This document shows positions 31,001 through 41,001 of a stretch of DNA of 64,000 bases, in pieces (the stretch's first letter is position 1; each line of letters opens with the position of its first letter). The notes under the pieces are model-generated. The model had not been told where the DNA came from. It did not search any database and was given only the letters and a program-made list of their open reading frames with translations. Origin of the DNA: Phycisphaerae bacterium (GTDB lineage Bacteria; Planctomycetota; Phycisphaerae; UBA1845; Fen-1342). Location: positions 64,001 to 128,000 of the forward strand of contig JASFQK010000014.1 in NCBI GenBank assembly GCA_050115495.1. The letters are read 5' to 3'. Both the position numbers and the translations under genes were made by a program.

Positions 31001-31801
31001 ATGCCCGAATTGCCCGAAGTCGAGACGATCGTGCGCACGTTCGCCCCCGACGTGGAGGGGCGGCGGATCGTGGGTTTCGCCTCACGCTGGCCCCGGCAGG
31101 CCACGCCCAGCGTCGGGGCCATCCGCCGGGGTGTGGTGGGCAGGACGGTCGTTCGGCTGGCCCGCCGCGGCAAGTTCATCGTGTTTCATCTGGATCCACC
31201 GGGCTATCTGCTGCTGCACCTGCGGATGAGCGGGCGGCTGGAGTGGCAGCCGGCGAAGGGGCGGCCGCCGCGGCATGTCCGAACCACGTGGGACCTCGAT
31301 AACGGCCGGCGGCTGCTGCTCTGTGATGCCCGGAAGTTCGCCCGGCTCACGTACGTCGACGACCTCGCGGCGGCCACGGCGGAATTGGGGATTGAGCCGC
31401 TTGGCCGGCTGTTTACGGCGGCCCGGTTACACCAGCTTCTCGACGGCCGGAACCGCCAGCTCAAAGCCCTGCTGCTAGATCAGTCTGTCATCGCCGGCCT
31501 GGGCAATATCTACACGGATGAGGCCCTGTTCCGGGCAGGGTTGCACCCGCTGGCCCGGGCGGGCGAGGTGACACCGGCCCAGGTCGCCAGCCTGCACGGG
31601 GCCATTCGCGATGTCCTCCGCGAGGCCATCCGCCGACATGGCACGACTATCGATTGGATCTACCCCGGCGGCTGGATGCAGAACCACCTGAACGTGTACG
31701 GCCGAGCGGGCGAACCCTGCCGCCGATGTGGGACGCCGATCGAGGCCCTCCGCGCCGCCGGCCGGGGGACGCATGTCTGCCCGCGGTGCCAGCCGCGCTG
31801 A
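31001..31801 (+). CDS. mutM: Formamidopyrimidine-DNA glycosylase/AP lyase
   Basis: MPELPEVET, RRGK, HLRMSG, GLGNIYTDE, C-terminal zinc finger CRRC..CPRCQ. Confidence 0.96.
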   Translation: MPELPEVETIVRTFAPDVEGRRIVGFASRWPRQATPSVGAIRRGVVGRTVVRLARRGKFIVFHLDPPGYLLLHLRMSGRLEWQPAKGRPPRHVRTTWDLDNGRRLLLCDARKFARLTYVDDLAAATAELGIEPLGRLFTAARLHQLLDGRNRQLKALLLDQSVIAGLGNIYTDEALFRAGLHPLARAGEVTPAQVASLHGAIRDVLREAIRRHGTTIDWIYPGGWMQNHLNVYGRAGEPCRRCGTPIEALRAAGRGTHVCPRCQPR

Positions 31802-31878
31802 ATCAGCGAACCACGGGGCCACTCCCTCAGTATGACCCGATAGCCAGCCTCCGAGACCGCGGCTATTCTGGACCGCTC

Positions 31879-33777
31879 ATGTGCGGCATCGCCGGCATTC
31901 TGTCGCTCTCGCCCGACGCGCCCGTCGATCCGGACGCGCTGCGCTTCATGGCCGCCCAGATCACGCACCGCGGTCCCGACGATGAGGGCTACTACGTCGA
32001 CCCGCAGCGGCGTTGCGGCCTCGCGTTCCGCCGGCTGGCCATCATCGATCTCGACACCGGCAACCAGCCGCTGGCGAACGAGGATCGCACGATCTGGTCG
32101 GTCTTCAACGGCGAGATCTACAACTTCCGCGGGCTGCGTGAAGAGCTCAGCGAGCAGGGCCACCGACTGGCCACCCGTACGGATGGCGAAGTGCTGGTGC
32201 ACCTGTACGAACGCGACCCGGCCCGAGTCTGCGAGCAACTGGCCGGCATGTTCGCGATCGCCATCTGGGACCAGACGCGCGGCCGGCTCCTGCTCGCCCG
32301 CGATCGGCTGGGCAAGAAGCCGCTCGTCTACGCCATCGCCGACCGGCGGCTCTACTTCGCCAGCGAGGCCAAAGCGATTCTGGCGGTGCCGGGCATCTCC
32401 CCGCGGCTCGATCCGCAGTCGCTGCACCGCTACCTGCTGTACCAGTACGTTCCCGCGCCGCATTCGATCTACGTCGACTTTCACAAGCTGCCGCCCGGGA
32501 CGTGCCTTCAGCTCGACGCCGACCGCCCGTGCGATTCGATCCCGGTCCCCTACTGGCGCGTTCCCCAACCGCCCCCCTTCGCCGGCACGTACGAAGACGC
32601 CAAGCAGCAGCTCGGCGAACTGCTCACGCGGGCCGTCGAGAAACGCCTCATCGCCGACGTGCCGCTGGGTGCCTTTCTCTCCGGCGGCGTGGATTCGTCG
32701 ATCGTTGTGGCCCTGATGCGGCGGCTGGGCGTGTCGCCCTTGCGGACGTTCTCCATCGGCTTCCCGGATCGGCGATACGACGAAACCGCTCACGCCCGCC
32801 AAGTCGCCGAGCGTTTTCAGACCGAGCATCACGAGCACGTCGTCACGCCACAGGCCCGCGAGATCCTCGATACGCTCGCGTGGCACTACGATGAACCCTT
32901 CGCCGACTCGTCCGCGATTCCGACGTACTACCTGTCGCGGTGGACGCGTGAATCGGTCACGGTTGCGCTCACGGGCGACGCCGGCGATGAGTGCTTCGCG
33001 GGGTATGACCGCTATCGCGCCGTCCAGTTGGCGGCGCGGCTCGACGTGCTGCCGCGAGGGTTGCGGCGCGGGCTCGTTCGGGCGGCGGCGTGGCTGCCAC
33101 ACGGCCGGCCGAAGACGCTCGGCCGGCGGCTGTACCGGTTCCTGACGGCGATGGGCGAGCCGGCCGCGCGCCGCTATCTCGCGTGGATCAACATCTTCAC
33201 ACCCGAGATGCTCGCCGCCGGCTATCACCCCGATTTCGCCCGGCAGATCGATTTCGACGAGCCGATCGCGTGGTTCGAGAACCTGTACGAGGCCGCTCCC
33301 GGGCCGCCGGCGAATCAGGCCGTGCACGTCGATTTCCACAGCTATCTGCCGTACGACCTGCTCACGAAGGTGGACATTGCGTCGATGGCCTGTGGCCTGG
33401 AATGCCGCTGCCCGTTGCTCGACCACGAGGTCGTCGAGTTTGCCCTGTCGCTGCCGCTGGAATGGCGGCTCGGCCCCGGCGGCGGCAAACGGATCCTCAA
33501 GGACTGGGCGGCCGACCTGCTCCCGCCGGAGATCCTGAATCGGCCGAAGATGGGATTTGGCGTGCCGATCGGGGAGTGGTTCCGCGGGGAGCTGCGCGAT
33601 CTGGTCGAGGAGACGATCCTCGGGCCGCATGCCCTGGCCCGGCGGGTGTTCCGGGGGGAGTGGTTGGAGGGGTTGGCGGCGGCGCACTTATCGGGCCAAG
33701 CGAACCATGAACATGCTCTTTGGGCCCTGCTGATGCTCGAATTGTGGGCCCGACGGTGGCGGCCGGCGGGGGTGTAA
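31879..33777 (+). CDS. asnB: Asparagine synthase (glutamine-hydrolysing) family amidotransferase
   Basis: MCGIAG, HRGPD, RRLAIID, NGEIYN, LSGGVDSS, RPKMGF. Confidence 0.93.
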   Translation: MCGIAGILSLSPDAPVDPDALRFMAAQITHRGPDDEGYYVDPQRRCGLAFRRLAIIDLDTGNQPLANEDRTIWSVFNGEIYNFRGLREELSEQGHRLATRTDGEVLVHLYERDPARVCEQLAGMFAIAIWDQTRGRLLLARDRLGKKPLVYAIADRRLYFASEAKAILAVPGISPRLDPQSLHRYLLYQYVPAPHSIYVDFHKLPPGTCLQLDADRPCDSIPVPYWRVPQPPPFAGTYEDAKQQLGELLTRAVEKRLIADVPLGAFLSGGVDSSIVVALMRRLGVSPLRTFSIGFPDRRYDETAHARQVAERFQTEHHEHVVTPQAREILDTLAWHYDEPFADSSAIPTYYLSRWTRESVTVALTGDAGDECFAGYDRYRAVQLAARLDVLPRGLRRGLVRAAAWLPHGRPKTLGRRLYRFLTAMGEPAARRYLAWINIFTPEMLAAGYHPDFARQIDFDEPIAWFENLYEAAPGPPANQAVHVDFHSYLPYDLLTKVDIASMACGLECRCPLLDHEVVEFALSLPLEWRLGPGGGKRILKDWAADLLPPEILNRPKMGFGVPIGEWFRGELRDLVEETILGPHALARRVFRGEWLEGLAAAHLSGQANHEHALWALLMLELWARRWRPAGV

Positions 33778-33785
33778 GAGCCCCG

Positions 33786-33982
33786 GTGTGCCACTGCTCT
33801 TGAGCAGTGCTTCTGGTCTGCTGGGGAAACGTGCGTTTGTCGGGAGTCCACGTCGGCCACGGGGGGCCGACGCTACGGGGATGGCGAGGTCAGGCGGGGG
33901 TTGGCGGACAACGTCCGACACGGAGGTCGGACGCTACGGCGTGCCGTCGGACATGCCGGCGCCTTCGGCTTCGGCATGCCAC
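33786..33982. repeat. Mosaic REP/BIME-like cluster 3
   Basis: GTGTGCCACTGCTCTTGAGCAGTG 33786-33809; GTCGGCCACGGGGGGCCGACGCTAC 33852-33876; GTCCGACACGGAGGTCGGACGCTAC 33913-33937; ACATGCCGGCGCC..CATGCCAC 33951-33982. Confidence 0.85.
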
Positions 33983-34068
33983 GCTTGCGCGGTCTCCAGT
34001 CGCCCTACCGTGCGATCCGATGAAGGATATGGGAAGTCCCCTAGCCGGGATGTCCCCAGCGATTTGCT

Positions 34069-34461
34069 ATGCTGATTGACCAGAGCGAAATTGACGCCCT
34101 ACTCTCCCAGGCGGACGACCTGGCCACCGAGGCCGCGCTCGTTGCGCCACCCCCACCGCCGCCCCCCAAGCGGACGCGCGAGCTGTACGTCCCCAACGAT
34201 CCCGAGGTCAAGCGACTTCTGCGCATCCGGGTGCCGGTGATCGTGCGGCTGGCGAATCGGGCGATGGCGGTGCGGGCCGTCCGCCGGCTGGCCCCCGGCT
34301 CTATCATCGAGTTCGAGAAGAGCGTGGACCGCCCGCTCGATCTGCTGATCAACAACCGGCCCATCGGGGGCGGCGTGTGCGTCAAGATTGGCGAGCACTT
34401 CGGCCTGCGCCTGACGCAGGTCGAGGACCGGGTGAAGCGCATCCAGTCGATGGGCGCCTGA
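34069..34461 (+). CDS. FliM/FliN SpoA-domain protein with N-terminal EIDALL motif
   Basis: IDQSEIDALL; C-terminal L.PGSIIEFEK....LDLLINN..IG.G..V.IGE.FG.R. Confidence 0.85.
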   Translation: MLIDQSEIDALLSQADDLATEAALVAPPPPPPPKRTRELYVPNDPEVKRLLRIRVPVIVRLANRAMAVRAVRRLAPGSIIEFEKSVDRPLDLLINNRPIGGGVCVKIGEHFGLRLTQVEDRVKRIQSMGA

Positions 34462-36144
34462 TCAATCCCCGCCGGAATCGCCTCTTCCGCCCCGAATCCT
34501 CTCACGCATTCGACCGAGTAGCAGCCCGATTTCCTCCAATCCCAGCAGCTTTGCGGCGAGCAGGTATACGCCGCTGCCGACGCTGAGCAGGCCGAGCGTC
34601 TCGACGGCTCGCGACGGCAACGTCCAGGGAATGGCCGACACGAGCGGCGCCACCACAGGGCGCAGCGCAGCGAGCGCCGCCACCGTCACGCCGGCCGCGA
34701 TGAGCATGCGAGTGAGTGCGGCGAGTGTGGACCGGTCCAGCAGCTTCACCGGGGCACGGCGTCTGAGCAGGACCAGCCCGACGACGACCGACAGGCTGAA
34801 CGTGATCGCCGAGCTGATCGCGAAGGCGGCCTCGCGAATTCCGTCGAACCAAACCATCGTCAGCGTCAGGACGACGTTGAGCGGCAGCACGGCGGCGCTG
34901 ATCTTCAGCGGCGTCCACACGTCGCCCAGGCTGTAGTACCCCCGGAGCACGATGTGCTGCGCGCAGTACGCCCACATCGCCACGCCGTAGAAGATGAGCA
35001 CGTACGCCGCCCGCGCCGTGTGCGCGGGCGTGAACCGGCGGTATTCGAACAGCAGGCGGATGATCGGCTCGGCCAGGATCATCATCACCGCCCCGGTGAG
35101 CAGCCCCTCAAAGATCGCCAATCGCAGCGTGCGACGGACCTCGGCCGACCAGGCGGGCCAGTTACCGCGAGCGGCCTGTCGGCTGAACGCGGGCATCGCC
35201 GCCGTTGCCAGTGAAATGACGAGCACGCCGAGCGGAAACTGGTAGAGCCGCTGGGCGTACGTGACGGCGGAGAGGGCCCCTTCTTCGAGCGGATAGGCGA
35301 CGGCGCCGCCGAGCCAGCCGATGCGTTCGGGCGCGCCGGCTTCGTGCGTGAGCAGGATGCAGATCTGGGCGTCGAGATACACGCCGAAGGCGAGCACACC
35401 CTGGCCGAGGGCGACGGGCACGAGCAGGCGAAGCATGCGTTTGACGGCGGGATCGGAAGGCTCCCACCGCCAGCCGAGCTTCACGCCACAAGAGCGCAAC
35501 ACGGGCCGGAGGAAGAGAATCTGCAACACGCCGGCGACGACCACCGAGACGGCGATGACGTACACCTGCTTCGCGGGCTGAGCTGGGTAGAGTCCCGGTC
35601 CGACGCCGGCGATGGCGGCGATCATCGCGATGTTAAGCAGGATCGGCGCCAGGGCCGCCGGCACGAAGCTCCCCACGCAGTTGAGAATCGCCGACAGCAG
35701 GGCCACGACACAGATGGTCAGCATGAACGGCAGCATGAGGGCCGTCAGCGACAGCAGGAGTCGACGGGCGGCGGCCTGCTCGGGATCGTCGGGGCCGAGG
35801 ATCCAGACGAGGAGGATCACGGCCTCGATGACCAGGACGATGACGGTGAGGGTTACGGACAGGAGGGCCAGCGTGCGGGCCAGCAGCCGCCAGGCGGGCT
35901 CGTGTCCGTCACGTTCGAGGCACTGCGTGAACGACGGCACAAACACCGCGGCCATCGCCCCCTCGCCCAGCAACCGGCGGAACAGGTTCGGGATCTGAAA
36001 CGCGTAGACGAACGCATCCTGAACCCAGCGCAGACCGAACGCCTGCGCGAGCAGAACGTCGCGGACAAGTCCGGTAATGCGAGAAAGCAGGGTACAGATG
36101 GCGATGAGCTTCGCCGACCCGACGACGCTGCGCTGCTCGGACAT
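34462..36144 (-). CDS. murJ: Lipid II flippase MurJ (MviN)
   Basis: SRITGLVRD, AFQIPNLFRRLLGEGA, YAQRLYQFPLG; about 14 TM helices. Confidence 0.93.
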   Translation of the reverse strand: MSEQRSVVGSAKLIAICTLLSRITGLVRDVLLAQAFGLRWVQDAFVYAFQIPNLFRRLLGEGAMAAVFVPSFTQCLERDGHEPAWRLLARTLALLSVTLTVIVLVIEAVILLVWILGPDDPEQAAARRLLLSLTALMLPFMLTICVVALLSAILNCVGSFVPAALAPILLNIAMIAAIAGVGPGLYPAQPAKQVYVIAVSVVVAGVLQILFLRPVLRSCGVKLGWRWEPSDPAVKRMLRLLVPVALGQGVLAFGVYLDAQICILLTHEAGAPERIGWLGGAVAYPLEEGALSAVTYAQRLYQFPLGVLVISLATAAMPAFSRQAARGNWPAWSAEVRRTLRLAIFEGLLTGAVMMILAEPIIRLLFEYRRFTPAHTARAAYVLIFYGVAMWAYCAQHIVLRGYYSLGDVWTPLKISAAVLPLNVVLTLTMVWFDGIREAAFAISSAITFSLSVVVGLVLLRRRAPVKLLDRSTLAALTRMLIAAGVTVAALAALRPVVAPLVSAIPWTLPSRAVETLGLLSVGSGVYLLAAKLLGLEEIGLLLGRMRERIRGGRGDSGGD

Positions 36145-36295
36145 GGGGAGGATGATATCCCTGCCGGCGGCGGCTGACTATGCGGGCGATGGGAGCGCAA
36201 GAACGACCCGGCAGGCCCCAGTGCGAGGCACGCCGGGTCGTCCGATAAGCAGCACCCGCCTAGCCCCCACGGCTGTGCGAGTGTCCCCTCGTTCC

Positions 36296-36544
36296 CTACG
36301 CGAAGATCTGCGGGAGTTGCTCCAACACCGCCTTGACAACGGTGCCCGTGTCCTCAGTGGCGTCGTTCAGCAATCCCTGGAAAAACGCTCCAATGAACGT
36401 CGAGGCGAGCGACGTCGCCGCATCGCCCACGCCCGTGAGCACACTTTCGCGGACGTCCGGATCACAGCCGGTCAGGACGAACGTCGTACCCCCGGTCACC
36501 AGGCCAAGCCACCACAGGCGGCAGCGGGTCAATGTCGCACGCAT
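36296..36544 (-). CDS. Small putative lipoprotein
   Basis: AAGGAG RBS; LTGC lipobox-like motif; amphipathic tail. Confidence 0.65.
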   Translation of the reverse strand: MRATLTRCRLWWLGLVTGGTTFVLTGCDPDVRESVLTGVGDAATSLASTFIGAFFQGLLNDATEDTGTVVKAVLEQLPQIFA

Positions 36545-36692
36545 CGGGTTCTCCTTGGACTCCTGTTCCGGTGACCGCCGCGCCAGGGCGTGCCGCCGGC
36601 GAAAAACGTCTCTGCCATTTATCATCGGACGTAGACCGGTCCGAGTTCATCAGGACTCGGGACCTTCCCCGCCGACGGCCCCCGCGGGGCGG

Positions 36693-37889
36693 CTACTTAT
36701 TGCCCCCTTCGTCCTTTCTGGAGCCGCTCTCGGCGGCCTCACGCTGCGACCGCGTGGGCAGCTTCTCGAGGCGGGGCTTGAGCTGGCGTTCGAAGATCAG
36801 GCCGATCGGGCTGAGGAGCTTCTCCCGGGCCTCACGGAGCTTGGCAACTTCCTGCTTCTGGGCGTCGTCGGTGGGGTTCTTCAGCTCTGCCAGCCGCTGG
36901 TCCATGCGCTCGATCTGTTTCTGCCGGCTGCGCATGTAGCGGGCGGCCTGGTTCTGGCAGCTCTTCAGGATCTTGTTCGCCTGGTTCTGCTGATCCTCGT
37001 TGAGCTGGTACTTCTCGATGAACTTGCGGACATACGCCTCCCATTCGCTTTCGAAGTTGGTCTGCCCCGCCGGAGTCTTCGACGGGCGGCGCTCGACCTT
37101 CCGCCCCCGCGGGTCCGCGGGGGTTTTCGTCTCCGGCGTGCGGCGTGGCGTTGGCTGCACGTTGGCCGGCTGTTGGGTGGCCCGGCGCTCCGCGGTCATC
37201 GGCGGCGTGCGGTGAACGTCCGTGGGCACGACCGAGCGGCGCGGCTGGACTTGCGCCCGCTTGGCGGGCGTGACGGCCTGCGGCGCGGCCTGTACCACGA
37301 TCGGTTCCGCGGTTCGCACGCGAGCTTCACGCTGCCGGGCGGCCCGGTACCGGTACGGATTGCGGAACTCGTCCACCGTCATCTGGCCGGTGATCACCCG
37401 CTGAAGCTGGTCCTCCGTCGTCGCGAAGCTCTCGTTCATGAGGCGGAGGTCCTCGTCGTGGATGATCCGCTGATCGTCGGTGAGGATGTTGCGCCACTCC
37501 GAGTTCGCGTCGACGATGATGATCTTCGCTTCCTGGTACAGCGGCATTACTTCACGGCCCCAGGCGACCAGCTCTTCCGCCGAGATCTCCGCCGCCCCGC
37601 TGCGAACCTCGAAGAGGCGGTCGACGACGTCGGCCAGCTCATCGTGATGGCTGTCGAGGAAAGCGTCGACGCGGTCGCGGACGAACTGCTCGGTATAGGC
37701 GCGCTGCTCGTCGGAGAGGTCGTACTTGCGGGCCAGGACGCGGAGGTAGTTGTCCATCAGCGCGTCGACGTTCAGCATGGTGCTGAACGGCCGGCGTTGT
37801 CGCTGGCTGTCCTGGGCGAGGGCAGACCCGGCGCAGACGGCCAGGGTCAGCAATACGACCGCCGAGCGAGTAAACGTCCGAGAAGCCAT
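36693..37889 (-). CDS. Secreted helical hypothetical protein with Pro/Thr/Arg-rich linker
   Basis: Signal peptide ending ALA; two helical domains each with KY.L.E.Q; GGGAG RBS. Confidence 0.78.
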   Translation of the reverse strand: MASRTFTRSAVVLLTLAVCAGSALAQDSQRQRRPFSTMLNVDALMDNYLRVLARKYDLSDEQRAYTEQFVRDRVDAFLDSHHDELADVVDRLFEVRSGAAEISAEELVAWGREVMPLYQEAKIIIVDANSEWRNILTDDQRIIHDEDLRLMNESFATTEDQLQRVITGQMTVDEFRNPYRYRAARQREARVRTAEPIVVQAAPQAVTPAKRAQVQPRRSVVPTDVHRTPPMTAERRATQQPANVQPTPRRTPETKTPADPRGRKVERRPSKTPAGQTNFESEWEAYVRKFIEKYQLNEDQQNQANKILKSCQNQAARYMRSRQKQIERMDQRLAELKNPTDDAQKQEVAKLREAREKLLSPIGLIFERQLKPRLEKLPTRSQREAAESGSRKDEGGNK

Positions 37890-38020
37890 GGCAACGCTCC
37901 CAGCACGAACCACATGGACCCGCCGCTCATTGAGCGGCCTGACACCCAGAAGTATTATACTTCTTTTCGGCCATCCGGTTGCGAGCGGTTTGGCCGGCCC
38001 GCCCCAGCCCCGGAGTGAGC

Positions 38021-38677
38021 ATGAGTCTGCCGGCGCAGCCGCCGCCTGCCTGTATCTTCGACCTCGACGGGACGCTTGTCGACTCTTTGCCCGACATCGC
38101 CGGCGCTCTGAACGATTGTCTCGACCTGCTGGGGCTGTCGGTTCGGCCGGTCGAGGATTATCGGTACATGGTCGGCGAGGGGATCCCGATGCTTTGCCGG
38201 CGGGCCATTGGGGGGACGCACCCGCACCTCGTCAATCGGCTTGCTGAGCTGGCCCGTGCGCGGTACCGGATCCGCCCGCTCGGGAATACCAAGCCCTATC
38301 CCGGTGTGACGGAGATGCTCGATCGGCTGCGGTCCGGCGGAACGCGGCTGGCCGTCCTGTCCAACAAACCCCACGAGCTGACGACCCGGATCGTCCGCAC
38401 CCTCTGGCCCGACGACCGCTTCGCCTGCATCCAGGGCTACGTCGAGGAGCACCTCCGCAAGCCCAATCCCCACCACGTCCTGGAGATCTGCGAAAACCTG
38501 GGCGTTCCGCCGGCGGACACTTGGTTGGTCGGCGATACGCCCACGGACGTGGAGACTGCGGTGCGAGCCGGGGCCCACTGCCTCGGCGTGACTTGGGGAT
38601 TCCGCACACGAGCCGATCTCGAAGCCGGCGGCGCCACGCACATCGTCGACCGGCCGGACGAGGTCGTCCCGGGCTGA
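38021..38677 (+). CDS. HAD hydrolase, phosphoglycolate phosphatase-like
   Basis: IFDLDGTLVDS, LSNK, RKPNP, VGDTPTD. Confidence 0.9.
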   Translation: MSLPAQPPPACIFDLDGTLVDSLPDIAGALNDCLDLLGLSVRPVEDYRYMVGEGIPMLCRRAIGGTHPHLVNRLAELARARYRIRPLGNTKPYPGVTEMLDRLRSGGTRLAVLSNKPHELTTRIVRTLWPDDRFACIQGYVEEHLRKPNPHHVLEICENLGVPPADTWLVGDTPTDVETAVRAGAHCLGVTWGFRTRADLEAGGATHIVDRPDEVVPG

Positions 38678-38775
38678 AGCGGCGGGAGAGCTTCCGCGAG
38701 GCGGCGGCTCGTGGTACGCTGTCGAATCTGGCGCCGCTTGGCGCCCAACCACGGAACCCACCTTGGGAATCACGT

Positions 38776-40278
38776 ATGAACGACAACGGAACCCGGTTTG
38801 AATTCGTCAGCGGAGCCGGCGCAGCCCCCCAGGCCACCGTCCTGCTCGTGCCCCTCCTGGCCAAGCCACAGACGCCGCTCGAACTGGTCACGCGCGTGGA
38901 CACGATCTGCGACCAGGCCGTCTCCGACCTGATCGCGGTGAAGGCCGTCGGCGACGACGTCGGCCAATTGGCGCACACGACGCGGTCGGCGACATACCGG
39001 CGGGTGATCGTGGTCAGCCTGGGCGAAGCGGAGAAGCTCACGCCCGAAACGGTTCGCAAGGCTGCTGCGGTGGCGGCGCGGTGGCTGATCTCGGCGAAGA
39101 TCGCCCGGGCGGCCCTGTGGGTGGACACGCTGGTGGCGACGGGTGTTACTGGTGCGGTGGCCGAATGGGCGGCGGGCATGACCGTGGCCGGTTTCCGTTT
39201 CAACGAGTACAAGAAGCCCGATAAGGACGTTCCGGCGAAGATCCGGATGCACGTCTGTTCGAGCGAGGCGGAACACATCCGCCGACTCCTGCCGCAGATC
39301 CGCGAAGAGGTCACCGTCGCCGAGGCTGTCAACTATACGCGGCGCCTGGCGCACCTGCCGGGGAACGTCATCAATCCGGCGACGCTGGCTGCGGAGGCTC
39401 GGAAGCTCACGGAGAAGTCACGGCTGAAGTGCACGGTGCTGGAGGCGGCACAGGTCAAGAAGCTGGGGATGGGCGGGCTGGTCGCGGTCGGAGCGGGAGC
39501 GACGCCGGGACCGTGCCTCATCCAGATTGAATACAAGGCGGCACCGCGTTCGCGGCGGCTGGTGGTGCTCGTCGGGAAAGCCATCACGTTCGATACGGGC
39601 GGCTACTCGATCAAGCCGTCGGCCAACCTGGATGCGATGAAGTTCGACAAGTGCGGCGGGACCACCGTGCTGGGCATCATGAAGGCCATTGCCGACCTCA
39701 AGCTGAAGTGCAACGTAATCGGCCTGGTGCCGGCGGCGGAAAACGCCGTCTCGGACCGCGCCTATCGTCCGGGCGACATCGTGACCATGCTGAGCGGCAA
39801 GACGGTCGAGATCATCAGCACGGACGCAGAGGGCCGGCTGGTGCTGGCCGACGCCCTGACGTACGCGCAGAAGAAGTTCAAGCCGACAGAGATCATCGAC
39901 CTGGCCACGCTGACGGGCGGTGTGACGGTCGCCCTGGGCAAGGAAGCCGCCGGCCTGATGAGCAACAACGACGAGCTGGCCGCCGAGCTGGGTGAATGCG
40001 GCCGGCGGACGCGTGAGCGGCTGTGGCGCCTGCCGCTGTGGGACGAGTATCGCGAGTTGATCCGTGGCACGGAGGCGGACATCAAGAATTCGTCCACCAA
40101 GCGCGAGGCGCACGCCATCGTTGGGGGCATGTTCCTGAAGGAATTCGTGGCCGACGCCGTGGCCTGGGCCCACCTGGACATCGCCGCCGTCGCCACGAGT
40201 GACGAGAACGGCGGGCTGACCGGCAAGGGCGCCACCGGTTTCGGGGTGCGGTTGCTGGTGGATTACCTCCGGCGATAA
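38776..40278 (+). CDS. pepA: Leucyl aminopeptidase (M17)
   Basis: VGKAITFDTGG, MKFDKCG, STDAEGRLVLAD, DLATLTG, WAHLDIA. Confidence 0.95.
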   Translation: MNDNGTRFEFVSGAGAAPQATVLLVPLLAKPQTPLELVTRVDTICDQAVSDLIAVKAVGDDVGQLAHTTRSATYRRVIVVSLGEAEKLTPETVRKAAAVAARWLISAKIARAALWVDTLVATGVTGAVAEWAAGMTVAGFRFNEYKKPDKDVPAKIRMHVCSSEAEHIRRLLPQIREEVTVAEAVNYTRRLAHLPGNVINPATLAAEARKLTEKSRLKCTVLEAAQVKKLGMGGLVAVGAGATPGPCLIQIEYKAAPRSRRLVVLVGKAITFDTGGYSIKPSANLDAMKFDKCGGTTVLGIMKAIADLKLKCNVIGLVPAAENAVSDRAYRPGDIVTMLSGKTVEIISTDAEGRLVLADALTYAQKKFKPTEIIDLATLTGGVTVALGKEAAGLMSNNDELAAELGECGRRTRERLWRLPLWDEYRELIRGTEADIKNSSTKREAHAIVGGMFLKEFVADAVAWAHLDIAAVATSDENGGLTGKGATGFGVRLLVDYLRR

Positions 40279-40311
40279 GGCGGCGCCGGCGGGTGCCGCG
40301 GGAGTCATAGC

Positions 40312-40902
40312 ATGTCTGACGACGCTGCTCGTCCGCCGGACGCGGTTGATCTGCCGCGCATCGAGCGGGCGGTGCGTGAGATTCTGATCGCGGTCGGCGA
40401 GGATCCGGAGCGGGAGGGATTGCAGGATACGCCGCGGCGGGTGGCCCGCATGTACGCGGAGCTGTTCGACGGCCTGCGCCGCGACGCCGAGGAGCATCTG
40501 CGGGCGATGTTCGACGAGGATCACCACGAGATGGTGGTCCTGCGTGATATCCCCTTCAACAGCATGTGCGAGCATCACCTGTTGCCGTTCACCGGGCACG
40601 CGCACATCGCGTATATCCCGGGCGGCAAAGTGCTGGGGCTCTCGAAGCTGGCCCGCATCGTGGATGTGTTCGCCCACCGGCCGCAGGTGCAGGAGCGGTT
40701 GACGTCGCAGATCGCAGACCTGCTGGCTCAGCGGCTGCGGGTGAAGGGCTGCGCGGTGGTGCTGGAGGCGGTGCACACGTGCATGACGACGCGCGGCGTG
40801 AAGAAGCCGGGCAGCGTCATGGTCACGTCGGCGCTGCGCGGGCTAATGCAGACCAGCCAGAGCACACGAGCCGAGGCGCTGGCCCTGCTGTACAAACAGT
40901 AG
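40312..40902 (+). CDS. folE: GTP cyclohydrolase I
   Basis: [36 protein letters not shown]. Confidence 0.97.
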   Translation: MSDDAARPPDAVDLPRIERAVREILIAVGEDPEREGLQDTPRRVARMYAELFDGLRRDAEEHLRAMFDEDHHEMVVLRDIPFNSMCEHHLLPFTGHAHIAYIPGGKVLGLSKLARIVDVFAHRPQVQERLTSQIADLLAQRLRVKGCAVVLEAVHTCMTTRGVKKPGSVMVTSALRGLMQTSQSTRAEALALLYKQ

Positions 40903-41001
40903 GCTCGCGGGCGGGGCACGCGGGCATGTCGTTGGACAGTCGCGCGGGGGCCTGTTAACCTCTGCGCTATGGCATCCACTCGGATGCGGAGGAGGCTCAT
41001 C

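Noticed and set aside
31660..33687. 675-aa antisense ORF, and similar long antisense ORFs (2156-3862, 4431-6098, 36333-38018, 42637-44223, 59439-61247, 62327-63916)
   Set aside because: Stop-poor shadows of well-supported genes, expected at high GC; no motifs recognised.
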